Shown here one piece after another: positions 1-8,829 of a stretch of 64,000 nt of DNA. The stretch comes from Macrostomum lignano (lineage: Eukaryota), in NCBI GenBank assembly GCA_002269645.1, contig NIVC01000137.1, forward strand, positions 1 to 64,000, in the 5' to 3' direction. Positions within the stretch are counted from its first letter, which is position 1. Every line of letters begins with the position of its first letter. Both the position numbers and the translations under genes were made by a program. The notes beneath the pieces are model-generated. The model was not told the origin of the DNA and did not search any database. It worked only from the letters and a program-made list of their open reading frames with translations.

Positions 1-483
1 TTGAACGATAAGTATACTATGATTTTTAATTTTGTTCTGGACCCATATCATGCTGTGAAATTTTTGGGCGATGGAGAACGCATGAAATCTCTACAAAGTG
101 GTTCAGTGGACGACGCTCTGAAAAAAAATGTTTGGAAGCTTGTGCACCCGTGGACATTTACCATACAATATTTGCCTGGTGAGCCGTCCGGTGCTGGGGA
201 CGACAATAGCAAGCAGTATATGCATTGCTACACTGACATCATCGACTATCAGCCCGTTGGAAGCACATCTGTTCCACTGTTGCGCGTCGTGGATTTGCAG
301 CGGAAGGGACACGAAGTAACGCATGAACATAGTTCCTTGACAAATCCTTACTATGTTGGAGTGAATCGTCAGGGCATCAGCGAGATTTCAATTCGACTGA
401 CTGATCAGCGTGGCAAAGGAATACAATTTCAACCGGGCTCGCATACTGTGGCGGTGCTCCATTTTCGTCCTAGAATTGACTAG
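1..483 (+). CDS. Polinton minor capsid (penton-like) protein, C-terminal part, 5'-partial
   Basis: Motifs YTDIIDYQPVGSTSVPLLRVV, YYVGVNRQGISEISIRLTDQRG and terminal VLHFR match the recalled C-terminal pattern of Polinton minor capsid proteins. Runs off the window edge (TTG at position 1 is not a real start). Confidence 0.8.
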   Translation: MNDKYTMIFNFVLDPYHAVKFLGDGERMKSLQSGSVDDALKKNVWKLVHPWTFTIQYLPGEPSGAGDDNSKQYMHCYTDIIDYQPVGSTSVPLLRVVDLQRKGHEVTHEHSSLTNPYYVGVNRQGISEISIRLTDQRGKGIQFQPGSHTVAVLHFRPRID

Positions 484-540
484 GTGACTAATTTATAAGC
501 AAACTTTGGGGTGTTGAGTATGATTTGACCAATAATTTAA

Positions 541-984
541 ATGCCTTTATTAACAGAAAAAGCTAGGAAGAGCCTCTGCTCGCTTTCTAAGTGTGCCATT
601 TTATTGCAGAGTGCGGCCCGCTTGAAAGATAAGCACCAACGCCGCCAATTTCTGCAAAGCTTGACTCTGACGGAAGTCCGCTGTCTACTTGAACTGTTGC
701 TGAATATTGTCAAGCGGCGCGTGCCGATAAAAGCCTGCGATCAGCGCCGATTGCAAAAACACGCGCATGTGATACGCAAGCTGCTGAACGGTGGAAAGAG
801 TCTAGTTGAAAGGAAGAAAATTATTGTTCAAAACGGAGGCTTCCTTCCTTTCCTGGCGCCCATCATTGCTGGCATCACCTCGGCCTTGCCTGCCATTGGA
901 ACAGCGCTAGGAATTACGTCCGGAATTGCGGGCACAGCAGCTGGAGCAGCAACTCTTGTGCGGAATATTCAAAACAAGAAATGA
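541..984 (+). CDS. Conserved small Polinton protein with adenovirus pX(Mu precursor)-like C-terminus
   Basis: 147 aa. Basic helical N-part (ELLLNIVK..VPI; RKKIIVQNGG) followed by GGFLPFLAPIIAGITSALPAIG, which resembles the adenovirus pX tail GG(F/I)LPxLIPIIAAAIGAxPGI. Confidence 0.75.
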   Translation: MPLLTEKARKSLCSLSKCAILLQSAARLKDKHQRRQFLQSLTLTEVRCLLELLLNIVKRRVPIKACDQRRLQKHAHVIRKLLNGGKSLVERKKIIVQNGGFLPFLAPIIAGITSALPAIGTALGITSGIAGTAAGAATLVRNIQNKK

Positions 985-1730
985 GTCGGCACGACGGGCT
1001 TCAGCGGATGGTTCTACTTCCCGAGGCAACATACAATATGATGTGTGATAAAAAAACTCCCCCTACAAATGAAGCCAATACCTCTCTGCCGGAGCACGAG
1101 GAACCTCGAACTAGCGTTTTGGACGGGCCACGCGAGGCACTAGGCAAAAATCTGGTTGGGATGCGACAACGGTTAGATGAACTTGATGCGGCTGCTGCTT
1201 CTACTCAGCACCCGCCCAATACAAGCGCACACCTGCAGCGCTCACAGTTGGAAAGTCGGCTTCTTCACGCGCGTCGAGATTATTTTCAGCCTTTACCACC
1301 TGCGCCTCCGAGCAAAGTTAAAAAGGAATCTGCTGGAAGCTTCATTACTGTTGAAGAAACAAGCATTCCGAAAGCTTTGAGGGCCCGATATAAACGCCTT
1401 GCAGACAAGGTGTTTGAAGAGAGCGAGGAGGCTGCACTACCATCTGAACTTACTCAAGATGAGGTTAAAAATCTAATGGAATATGTTGTGCGAGACAAGC
1501 CGCTTAAGCGCCACGTAGAGCGGCCACCGAGTGGACTATCAAATTTTATAGAATATCTGCAAAAGAGGAATTTAGATCCCAGCATGATTGGGAAGCATCT
1601 TCGTGGAGATTTGCAAAATGGCGGACCAAATCTTGGAGACAAGGAGGCCGACAGTTCTGCTGAAATGCCACATGGCGAGAGAAAAGGCGTTGATATGGAA
1701 ATGCTTGAAAACTATGAAACTCTAAATTGA
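981..1730 (+). CDS. Conserved Polinton ORF of unknown function (PZ-like)
   Basis: 249 aa. N-terminal RMVLLPE.TY and C-terminal PSGLSNFIEYLQKRNLDPSMIG patterns are recalled from Polinton accessory ORFs. ATGA overlap with the upstream ORF. Confidence 0.6.
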   Translation: MSRHDGLQRMVLLPEATYNMMCDKKTPPTNEANTSLPEHEEPRTSVLDGPREALGKNLVGMRQRLDELDAAAASTQHPPNTSAHLQRSQLESRLLHARRDYFQPLPPAPPSKVKKESAGSFITVEETSIPKALRARYKRLADKVFEESEEAALPSELTQDEVKNLMEYVVRDKPLKRHVERPPSGLSNFIEYLQKRNLDPSMIGKHLRGDLQNGGPNLGDKEADSSAEMPHGERKGVDMEMLENYETLN

Positions 1731-1789
1731 GTATGCAATGCTGGTGGTTTGGTTAATCTATATGCAAACTTGTTTTTATTCGAGATAAA

Positions 1790-1796
1790 TATAAAA
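1790..1796 (+). promoter_or_regulatory. Possible TATA box for the small ORF / integrase
   Basis: TATAAAA in the AT-rich intergenic gap, 25 bp upstream of ATG 1815. Sequence match only. Confidence 0.25.
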
Positions 1797-1814
1797 CATT
1801 TGCGTGTGTATGTT

Positions 1815-2030
1815 ATGGCTTCTTTGGGCCAGCGATTTTTTCGTTTTCTGGTGGAAATCTTTCGCGTTTGCTTCCATGGATCGCTTTGCGGTGAATTGAT
1901 TCAAGATGAAGTAGACAATGTGACAGTAAACCTGCGGACAAATATCAAATGCTGCACTAAGCAGAGCAACACCATTTCGTTCGAGAATGTCGGAGCAGAG
2001 GACGAAACAGCGGTTGCGGGCGCGAACTAG
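1815..2030 (+). CDS. Small Cys-containing hypothetical protein (71 aa) overlapping the integrase start
   Basis: MASLGQRFFRFLVEIFRVCFHGSLC...KCCTKQS. Fills the gap in an otherwise compact gene array; no family recognised. Confidence 0.35.
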   Translation: MASLGQRFFRFLVEIFRVCFHGSLCGELIQDEVDNVTVNLRTNIKCCTKQSNTISFENVGAEDETAVAGAN

Positions 2031-3189
2031 TTTGAACGACGCGGCTGCAAATGAACAAGACGCGTGGAAATTTCTGAGCGAGAATTTTTTTGACTTGGAA
2101 AATCCAACTTCATTTGGAGGGAACAAGGCGGAGCTGGTTCGCGCTGTACGAAAGAAATTCGCAGGACTTACCTTTGCTGCTGCAAAAAAGTTTGTAGACA
2201 AATGGGCGCGGGGAACACGCGAATATAACTTATTTCGCAAGGCGCGCCTGCGATTTCCCACGCCCCGGATTAGCGTGCCTCCAACAGCAAAATTTCAATT
2301 TCAAATTGACCTTGCTGACTTGCAGCAGTACAAGGACATCAATAAAGGTTATCGCTTTGTTCTCGTTTTGATTGATTGTCTAACACGAGTTGTTCGTCTT
2401 CGACCGCTGTACACAAAAAAGCCCACAGAAGTTAGTCAAGTGTTGCGTGCGATTTTCAACACCGGTTTCAAACCAAAGTATTTGCAGGGGGATGCTGGGA
2501 TGGAGTTTTTAGGACGTGCAACACAAACGATGCTGCGTGAAGAGGGAGTTCACTTTTTTGTAAGCCAAAGCACATACAAGGCCGCAATGGCTGAACGAAT
2601 CATTCGAACTCTGAAGGAGCGGTTGTCGCGCTATTTCAGGTCAATTAACTTGCCACAGTGGTATGACATTTTACCAAAGATGGAAAAAAATCTAAACCAA
2701 AGTGCGAACCGTTCATTGTATGGCCTAACGCCACAAGTGGTGCAAGCAGATCCCCATCTGCAGGGAATTCTGTGGGATCAGATGTTTGGTGCAATACCGA
2801 CTTCGCCTCGTTATGTGCCTGGCGATTGGGTTCGAATCGCGCGACGCAGAGGAACGTTTGAAAAGGGTTACTCGACTGTTTGGAGCAATGCTGTCTATCG
2901 AATAGGACGAGTCCGCGAAGGAACCCCGCCCATGTATGTGCTCGAGGATCCAGAAGATGACTTCGAACCGCTCAAGGGATTTTTTAATGAGGCAGAGCTT
3001 CAGCAAGTTGAGGGACCTGACAACGACGTGAATGAAATAGAGAAAGTTCTTCGAGTGGAGAAGCTGCCGGGCGGGAATCGACGCTATTTTGTAAAATGGA
3101 GAAATCTACCAGAATATCGGGCGCAGTGGCTGAAGAAACAAGAGCTGGACGAAGAGACCCAGAAACTGTTCAAACGTGTCTATAAGTAA
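1987..3189 (+). CDS. Retroviral-like (rve, DDE) integrase with C-terminal chromodomain
   Basis: QIDLAD...LIDCLTR...LQGDAGMEF...AAMAERIIRTLKE integrase core; C-terminal IEKVLR...RRYFVKWRNLP...QW chromodomain; 400 aa, uninterrupted. Confidence 0.95.
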   Translation: MSEQRTKQRLRARTSLNDAAANEQDAWKFLSENFFDLENPTSFGGNKAELVRAVRKKFAGLTFAAAKKFVDKWARGTREYNLFRKARLRFPTPRISVPPTAKFQFQIDLADLQQYKDINKGYRFVLVLIDCLTRVVRLRPLYTKKPTEVSQVLRAIFNTGFKPKYLQGDAGMEFLGRATQTMLREEGVHFFVSQSTYKAAMAERIIRTLKERLSRYFRSINLPQWYDILPKMEKNLNQSANRSLYGLTPQVVQADPHLQGILWDQMFGAIPTSPRYVPGDWVRIARRRGTFEKGYSTVWSNAVYRIGRVREGTPPMYVLEDPEDDFEPLKGFFNEAELQQVEGPDNDVNEIEKVLRVEKLPGGNRRYFVKWRNLPEYRAQWLKKQELDEETQKLFKRVYK

Positions 3190-3210
3190 ATGTAAGCATG
3201 AACTTGCTAA

Positions 3211-3725
3211 ATGTATGCCTGTATTCAAATGGATCCCGTGTTTCGTTTCTACGCGGGCCCGAACCATGAACAGGTGGGTGGACGCGGAAGTTCCTCTTCG
3301 CGCTCAATTCCCGTATACGAGGGCTACGGATTCTTGTCAAGCCTTGCGAATCGTTTGTTTTACCCTGTTCTGCGCAATACTGGCAAAGATCTGCTGCGAC
3401 GAGGATTGACCTACCTTGCATATAGCGATGAAGAATCCCGAAGGCAAAGAAGAGAGGAGGGGGATTCGACTATGGAGTAATTGGGAACGAACCGGCTGCC
3501 TCTCCCCCAAAGAGAAGGAAACATGGGCGTTCGCGTACCAACAAGATGCCAGCTACTATAAGCAAGGCGGGGCGCGGACGAGGAAAACTATCAAGGACAA
3601 GCAAGCAGAAGGGTCGTGGTGTGCAATCAAGAACCGGCAGGAAAAAGCTTCGTGGCAAGCGGCACAAGAAACGAGGCAAAGCAAGCGCTTCAAAGAGTCT
3701 GTTTAGTCTGTTTAATAAAGAATGA
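3211..3725 (+). pseudogene. Polinton core/DNA-condensing-like protein, split by one frameshift near 3447-3453
   Basis: Frame A (3211-3480) gives QVGG and the amphipathic GYGFLSSLANRLFYPVLR. A shifted frame from 3453 is open to TGA 3725 and reads RGGGFDYG...PPKRRKHGRSRT...GRKKLRGKRHKKRGK, ending in an ATGA overlap with the major capsid start. Confidence 0.6.
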
Positions 3726-5047
3726 ACCAGCTGCTGGGACCGGATGTTGTCGCACTGAAGAGTGAATTGTCTCTTTTTGACCCCTCTCCGGTCCAGTTTA
3801 GTGTTTTGGAGAGTCAGTTTACGAACATTCAGCCGCAGCATGGCCTCGCTGCTGGTGCTCCAATTGAATTCGAAATTCCTCCGGCTGGGGATTTGTATCT
3901 CGACTTGCATGAGACTGCGCTCAATGTGAGTTTTCGAGTGGTGGATTCGGAAAACAAAAGCATCGATGCTGCAAAAAACTTTGTGTGTCTGAACAACCTG
4001 CCGATTGCCTCGCTGTTTCAAGATGCGCAGCTTAGCATTGGAGACAGCGTTATCGAGGGCGGAAGCTTTCTCTATCCATACAAGAGTATGCTGCTGACGC
4101 TGCTTGAGTATGGAAGCATCGCTCAGAAGGCTGCATTGGTGCCCTGGGGATTTTACAAGGATACTGCGGGAGAAATGGATTCTGCTACGGATGCAAATGT
4201 CGGACGCAAATCGCGCGTGGCGTTGATTGCTGGAGGGAGAACTTGCAGTCTCTCAGGACCGTTGTTCCTTGATTTGTTCCGTCAGCCACGTTTCTTGCTG
4301 TCAAAGACAAACTTGCGACTGAAGTTGATTCCCTCCGATCCGAAGTTTGTGCTCAGTGGAGCCGGCGTCGGTGCAGAACCGCTGAAGGACTATTTGGTGG
4401 TTATTGAGCGTGCAGAGCTGCGAGTTCATTATGTGCTGCCATCGCCTAGTGTTCTGGCTGCCCATGCACAGGGACTCAAGAAGCATAATGCGCTTTACCC
4501 GCTGAACAGCCTGCAAATGAGCACCTTCACAATTCCGCAAGGAACCTCCAGCTACACGCGCGAGAATATGTTCCAGGGAGGCGTGCCGAAACTGCTGCTG
4601 GTCGCTTTTGTGACCAACAAAGCTTTCAACGGTAGCATGGATACGAATCCGTTCAACTTTCGACATGCAAACGCTTCATGCATTGCTGTGTTTGTGAACG
4701 GAGAGTCAGTTCCTTCGCGCCCCCTGCAAGTAAATCTGGCGAAGGAGAATGGTGAGGTGGAGTACAATTGGTTGCTACAGCAACTGGGCCTGTATATGCA
4801 GAGCAGAGAAATTGGCTTTAGAATGGACGAGTATGCTCGAGGATATGGCATCTTTGCGTTCAATCTCTGCAGTGAGCTGGGAGTGGGTGTTGGAACACAG
4901 CTATACAAAGAGGGCAGCGTGCGCTTGGAACTGCGGTTTAGCACCGCTACTGCAAGTGTCTACAATGTAATTGTTGGAGGGCTCTTTGATAAGCAATTGC
5001 AGCTGACGGAGTTTCGTGACGTTGTGCCTGGCACCGCCTGGAAATGA
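3722..5047 (+). CDS. Polinton major capsid protein (double jelly-roll, hexon-like)
   Basis: 441 aa, intact. ELSLFDPSPVQ, PIEFEI..YLDL, NNLPIASLFQ, YPYKSML..LL.YG, GFYKD, DLFRQPRFL and VRLELRF motifs are typical of Polinton PY/MCP. Confidence 0.9.
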   Translation: MNQLLGPDVVALKSELSLFDPSPVQFSVLESQFTNIQPQHGLAAGAPIEFEIPPAGDLYLDLHETALNVSFRVVDSENKSIDAAKNFVCLNNLPIASLFQDAQLSIGDSVIEGGSFLYPYKSMLLTLLEYGSIAQKAALVPWGFYKDTAGEMDSATDANVGRKSRVALIAGGRTCSLSGPLFLDLFRQPRFLLSKTNLRLKLIPSDPKFVLSGAGVGAEPLKDYLVVIERAELRVHYVLPSPSVLAAHAQGLKKHNALYPLNSLQMSTFTIPQGTSSYTRENMFQGGVPKLLLVAFVTNKAFNGSMDTNPFNFRHANASCIAVFVNGESVPSRPLQVNLAKENGEVEYNWLLQQLGLYMQSREIGFRMDEYARGYGIFAFNLCSELGVGVGTQLYKEGSVRLELRFSTATASVYNVIVGGLFDKQLQLTEFRDVVPGTAWK

Positions 5048-5601
5048 AAAGCGGCGTCCAGAGCGGATTGACAAACATTTATCTGGCCGCAGTATCCCGC
5101 AAACTGCAACGCATCTACCGGCACGCCGCGTTTTTGGGAGTATACTCTAGCAACTCTCTGCCTTTACTGCCCGCAAGAAACGGTGGCTTGCTTGACACTC
5201 AAAGTTATTTTTTAATTGCAAACACAGACACTAGTAACCTACCTGGCCGGCATTGGATTGCTATTTGGGTTGGACCTGGTCCGATTGGGGCCGCGGGGCG
5301 ACGAGGAGAATTTTTTGACCCACTAGGACTGCAACCAATGCCTGAATTTTCGCAGTGGCTGAGCCGCGAGTGTGGAGGCACTTGGAGTTTTACTCGCTTT
5401 TCTGTTCAGCATCCCTCCACGGGACATTGTGGCGTGTGGGTTTTGTTTTATCTGTATTTTAAACTTGCTACTAGAGAACCTCTGATACATTTTATCAACT
5501 TTGTTTTGCGCGGATATCGCCGTAGTTCTGTTTCGTTCCGCGCTGCTTTTCATGCTCTACGCAGTTTTCAGCTGAAAATTCTTAATCCCCTAAAGTGGTA
5601 A
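5044..5601 (+). CDS. Adenain-like cysteine protease (virion maturation protease)
   Basis: FLGVY, IANTD...PGRHWIAIW (catalytic His), EFFDPLG (Asp), VQHPSTGHCG (oxyanion Gln, catalytic Cys); 185 aa, intact. Confidence 0.9.
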   Translation: MKSGVQSGLTNIYLAAVSRKLQRIYRHAAFLGVYSSNSLPLLPARNGGLLDTQSYFLIANTDTSNLPGRHWIAIWVGPGPIGAAGRRGEFFDPLGLQPMPEFSQWLSRECGGTWSFTRFSVQHPSTGHCGVWVLFYLYFKLATREPLIHFINFVLRGYRRSSVSFRAAFHALRSFQLKILNPLKW

Positions 5602-5708
5602 TCTCTGACGTATCAGTTTTTTAACTCCTTGGATTATTGCCTGCTTTAAAACGCTTTTGCACGCTGTTATTTCAGTCTGTCTCGCGTTACTTGTTTATGC
5701 GGTGGCGA

Positions 5709-5714
5709 AATAAA
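5709..5714 (+). terminator. Candidate polyadenylation signal for the MCP/protease transcript
   Basis: AATAAA ~108 bp after the protease stop. Sequence match only. Confidence 0.3.
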
Positions 5715-6120
5715 ATATCGTTTATGAAAAAATCTTTGCCGTTGTTGGTCTGATTTAAAAACCTCTCCGGTCGACGCACCATGGAAAAACGGGCGGGTAA
5801 TTAGAACAGAAAATTAGTCTGGCATCGAGAAAAAAGGCAGTGGCACTTTGGCCGACGGACGGAGGAAAAAGCAAAAATCTGCTTTTGCACGGACCTAGCT
5901 ACGATCATTTGCACCACTCTGGCGGCAAGGGAAAGAAAAACTGGAGGTCTGCGCTGCATGGAAGAGAGGAAAATTGCGCCCCAGTTGCTATCGGGAGAGG
6001 GATGAAAATTTAGCCGAAGTTTCGGCTATCTCCCATGTATTTCGCCCATGTACCAACCATACATTTTTCGTATTTAAAAAAACCCTCCGTGTCCGATTTT
6101 TATCTACTACTTATAACATC

Positions 6121-6577
6121 CGGCGTAACACAACAGCTATGCCAATTGTGCGCCACTGCGCCGGCGTATCGGTGTCTGGCATAGATGTCTGGCGTGGCAA
6201 TAGACATATAAAATGATGTATTCACATATTGTATGTTCAATTGATGTACAAAAAACGTTTAAAAATGTTTTTACGAACAAAATGTTAAAACAAAATACAA
6301 AACAAGAAACACTATACAACAGTTACTATTTATTTATTCCCAGATTTTTGTGTTTATTAAAGTAAAAGGTAATTTTACTCAAAAAGAAAAGGGACCTAAA
6401 ATTTGAGTTTCAATTTGGCATAATGTTGCAATTTCGTTCTAGCGTACATATATCATGTACAAAATTTTTTTCTGGCATAAACTTAAATTTATGGCGTAAG
6501 GGGTCATTTTTTCTGGCGTACCATATAACAGATTCGAGAGTGTGGGGATAATGTGTCTCTCGAGTAACACTGGCATA
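6121..6577 (+). repeat. Dispersed same-strand YGGCRTA motif cluster in the putative terminal region
   Basis: Copies at 6121, 6162, 6177, 6416, 6473, 6492, 6514 and 6571 (variant at 6190) within otherwise AT-rich DNA. Confidence 0.5.
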
Positions 6578-6937
6578 TGATAGCTCGCTGCTTCTTTCTT
6601 ACTTTTGTTTCACGAGACCCGTAAGCAATATTCCTATTTTGCAGTCCTCTAAAACGAAAGTGTATATACACAGTGACCTCATGGCACTAGCGTAATATAG
6701 TTTGATAGGCTGGGTATGAGATTGGTGGAATAAATGCTTGCGATTACAGTAAAACAACTTTGTGTGAAATTAAGCACTGTCAATTAAAGCATCAACTTTG
6801 TGTGGAATTAACTTTTGCTACGCTTTCATTTTGTTAGTGAATGCTCGTTTTTTGATTGATTTCTTCCCCTTTTCTATGGGTCTTCCATTACGAAAGTCAC
6901 GCATTTTTGGGTCTTTTATAATGAAAGAATGCCATAT

Positions 6938-7823
6938 TGGCAATAGTGCAGTTTCATTTGCAAAATTATTTTTCATTTAAATTTGAAAGTTTGAAACCAG
7001 AAAAAAATAACAATGATGTTTCAAACCATTCTAGTGACTATGCCAGAGCAGGCAGAGCTCACTGGTCACGGAACTTTAAAGCAAATAGGTGCTCTATAAA
7101 TATACTTTTTTCATTAAATCTGTGCCACACTTGAATGCTACTTGAAATGCAAGTTGTCTATGGAAAAAATAGTTTAAAAAATCAAAAGGGGCTAAAGTGG
7201 GGGAGGGGGGCTTGAACTGTTTCCCTTTAGCTGAGAAGCTGCTAATAGGGCCTATTTGCTTTTTCTTTTGGACAACATATTGTATCATGGCTAGACAACC
7301 ACCAAGACCCTCGTGGATAATTCCACCGAATGAAGTGCTGCCAGCGAATGCTCTACTAGAACTAAATGCCTGCAAGCTGATGGCTGCCACGGCAATGCCG
7401 GAAGATACAATATGCTGGATAGCCAAGGTTGGGCTTATCAGCAACCAATGTACATGCTCCTGTCTAGCCCAGACCCCCATGAACCTGCAGCGTCGAGCTG
7501 GTGATTGCTTTGTAGATAGCTGGGCCTGGGACTGCAATCCAGGAGTTTATGTGGCGCCAACTGTTTGGAGCAAACAGGGCTTTTGGAAACATGCTTTTCT
7601 AGATTTGCCACTAGGCCTACTACAGTGCCCAGTGACAAGCTCTGTATCTGCCACTAGAACACAATGACGAGTTGGCAAGTTTGGCAACCAGGGAGCTAAA
7701 AACTCTGCCACAATCGTTAGAATGGTTTAAAACTTCAATTTTAATTGTTGTTATTGTTTTCTGGTTTTGAACTTTCAAATTTAAACGAAAAATAATTTCG
7801 CGAACGAAACTGCACTATTGCCA
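6938..7823. mobile_element. Old non-autonomous element bounded by long imperfect inverted repeats (~110-135 bp arms)
   Basis: TGGCAATAGTGCAGTTTC...AAATTATTTTTC.TTTAAATTTGAAAGTT...AAACCATTCTA at 6938-7048 is mirrored at 7703-7823. No TSD identified. Confidence 0.55.
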
Positions 7824-8829
7824 TTGTATTCCCTAGTCACCGGACCTTCGTCCCTCACTAAGTTCCTTACCTATGATATTTGCGAGAAAAATTGTAATCC
7901 ATTCCTGCTTATGATTTGCGAAACGAGGTCATTTCTTCTAAATTGAATGAATCAGTGACAGTGAGAGGATACTAAAAGTCTAAATGACAAATGGTACAGT
8001 ACGTTCGATTCAAATTTAACTCGAAAGTTCACCTGAATCCTTTTAAAAATAAAAAGAAATTTTACTTACCGAAGATTTATCCAGTAAAGAAGGCAAGTAC
8101 AGAAGTACTTGTAGTGACATTCGCGAAAGTTCGATGCATTAATTATGAAAATTATTTATTTCTAGAAATTTCCCCGTAGAGTACAAATTAAATTCTCGAA
8201 ATTTCTTCTCACAGTAACTAATTCTAATACTCGCATTTATAAATATTCAATGTATAATTTATTACAGTAAGGCAGTACTACAATTGATGCAAATCTAATA
8301 AGAATCAATAATTAATATTTGTTTTGTTATAATGCTCAAAATTTTCTAGAAGTTTCCTGATGGCTTCTAGAATGAAATAAACGGTGCCCACCGCGAATAA
8401 TTTTATCCTTGCTTATTCTCCTTACTTCTTACTCCGCTGTCTTTTAAACAAATACAATAAGAACCACCGCCTAGCTTTTTCCCTTTTCTTTAATTTACAA
8501 TAAATCCTTACATACTCTGCAGCCATGGCGGGGCGCCGCACCAGGACCTTTGTGACGACTCTATATAGCGGGGCCCCTAATATGAGGTTTGAAAAGGCTG
8601 TGGGCCCACAGGCCCACCCTCAAACCTCAACCCCAGCCCCACCACCCCAATTCCTGTCCAATTCCAAACCCTGGCTGTGGGGGGAAAGGGTCCTGGGGTC
8701 AATCGATATTCCGCTGGCCACACTCAGGGACTTCTAAAAATAGCATCACTGGACGGGAAGTTCCACACACGCATTTACCTTAGTGTTGCAGCCATTCCAA
8801 GCTATTGTGTGAGTATCTAACATCTTGAC

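Larger units (their letters stand above)
1..6603 (+). mobile_element. Polinton/Maverick (adintovirus-like) element, right portion; left part and exact right terminus not determinable
   Basis: Co-oriented, tightly packed cluster of minor capsid, integrase, major capsid and adenain-like protease ORFs, which is the diagnostic Polinton gene set. Followed by ~1 kb of non-coding DNA that could be the terminal inverted repeat. Candidate ...CT ends at 6560 and 6603 cannot be confirmed without the left TIR. Confidence 0.9.

Noticed and set aside
1776-4944. Antisense ORFs within the Polinton (1776-2261, 3470-4021, 4301-4944)
   Set aside because: Shadows of well-supported plus-strand genes with no recognisable motifs.
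6534-6563. 7-bp inverted repeat TCGAGAG/CTCTCGA as a terminal hairpin
   Set aside because: Too short to distinguish from chance without the left terminus.
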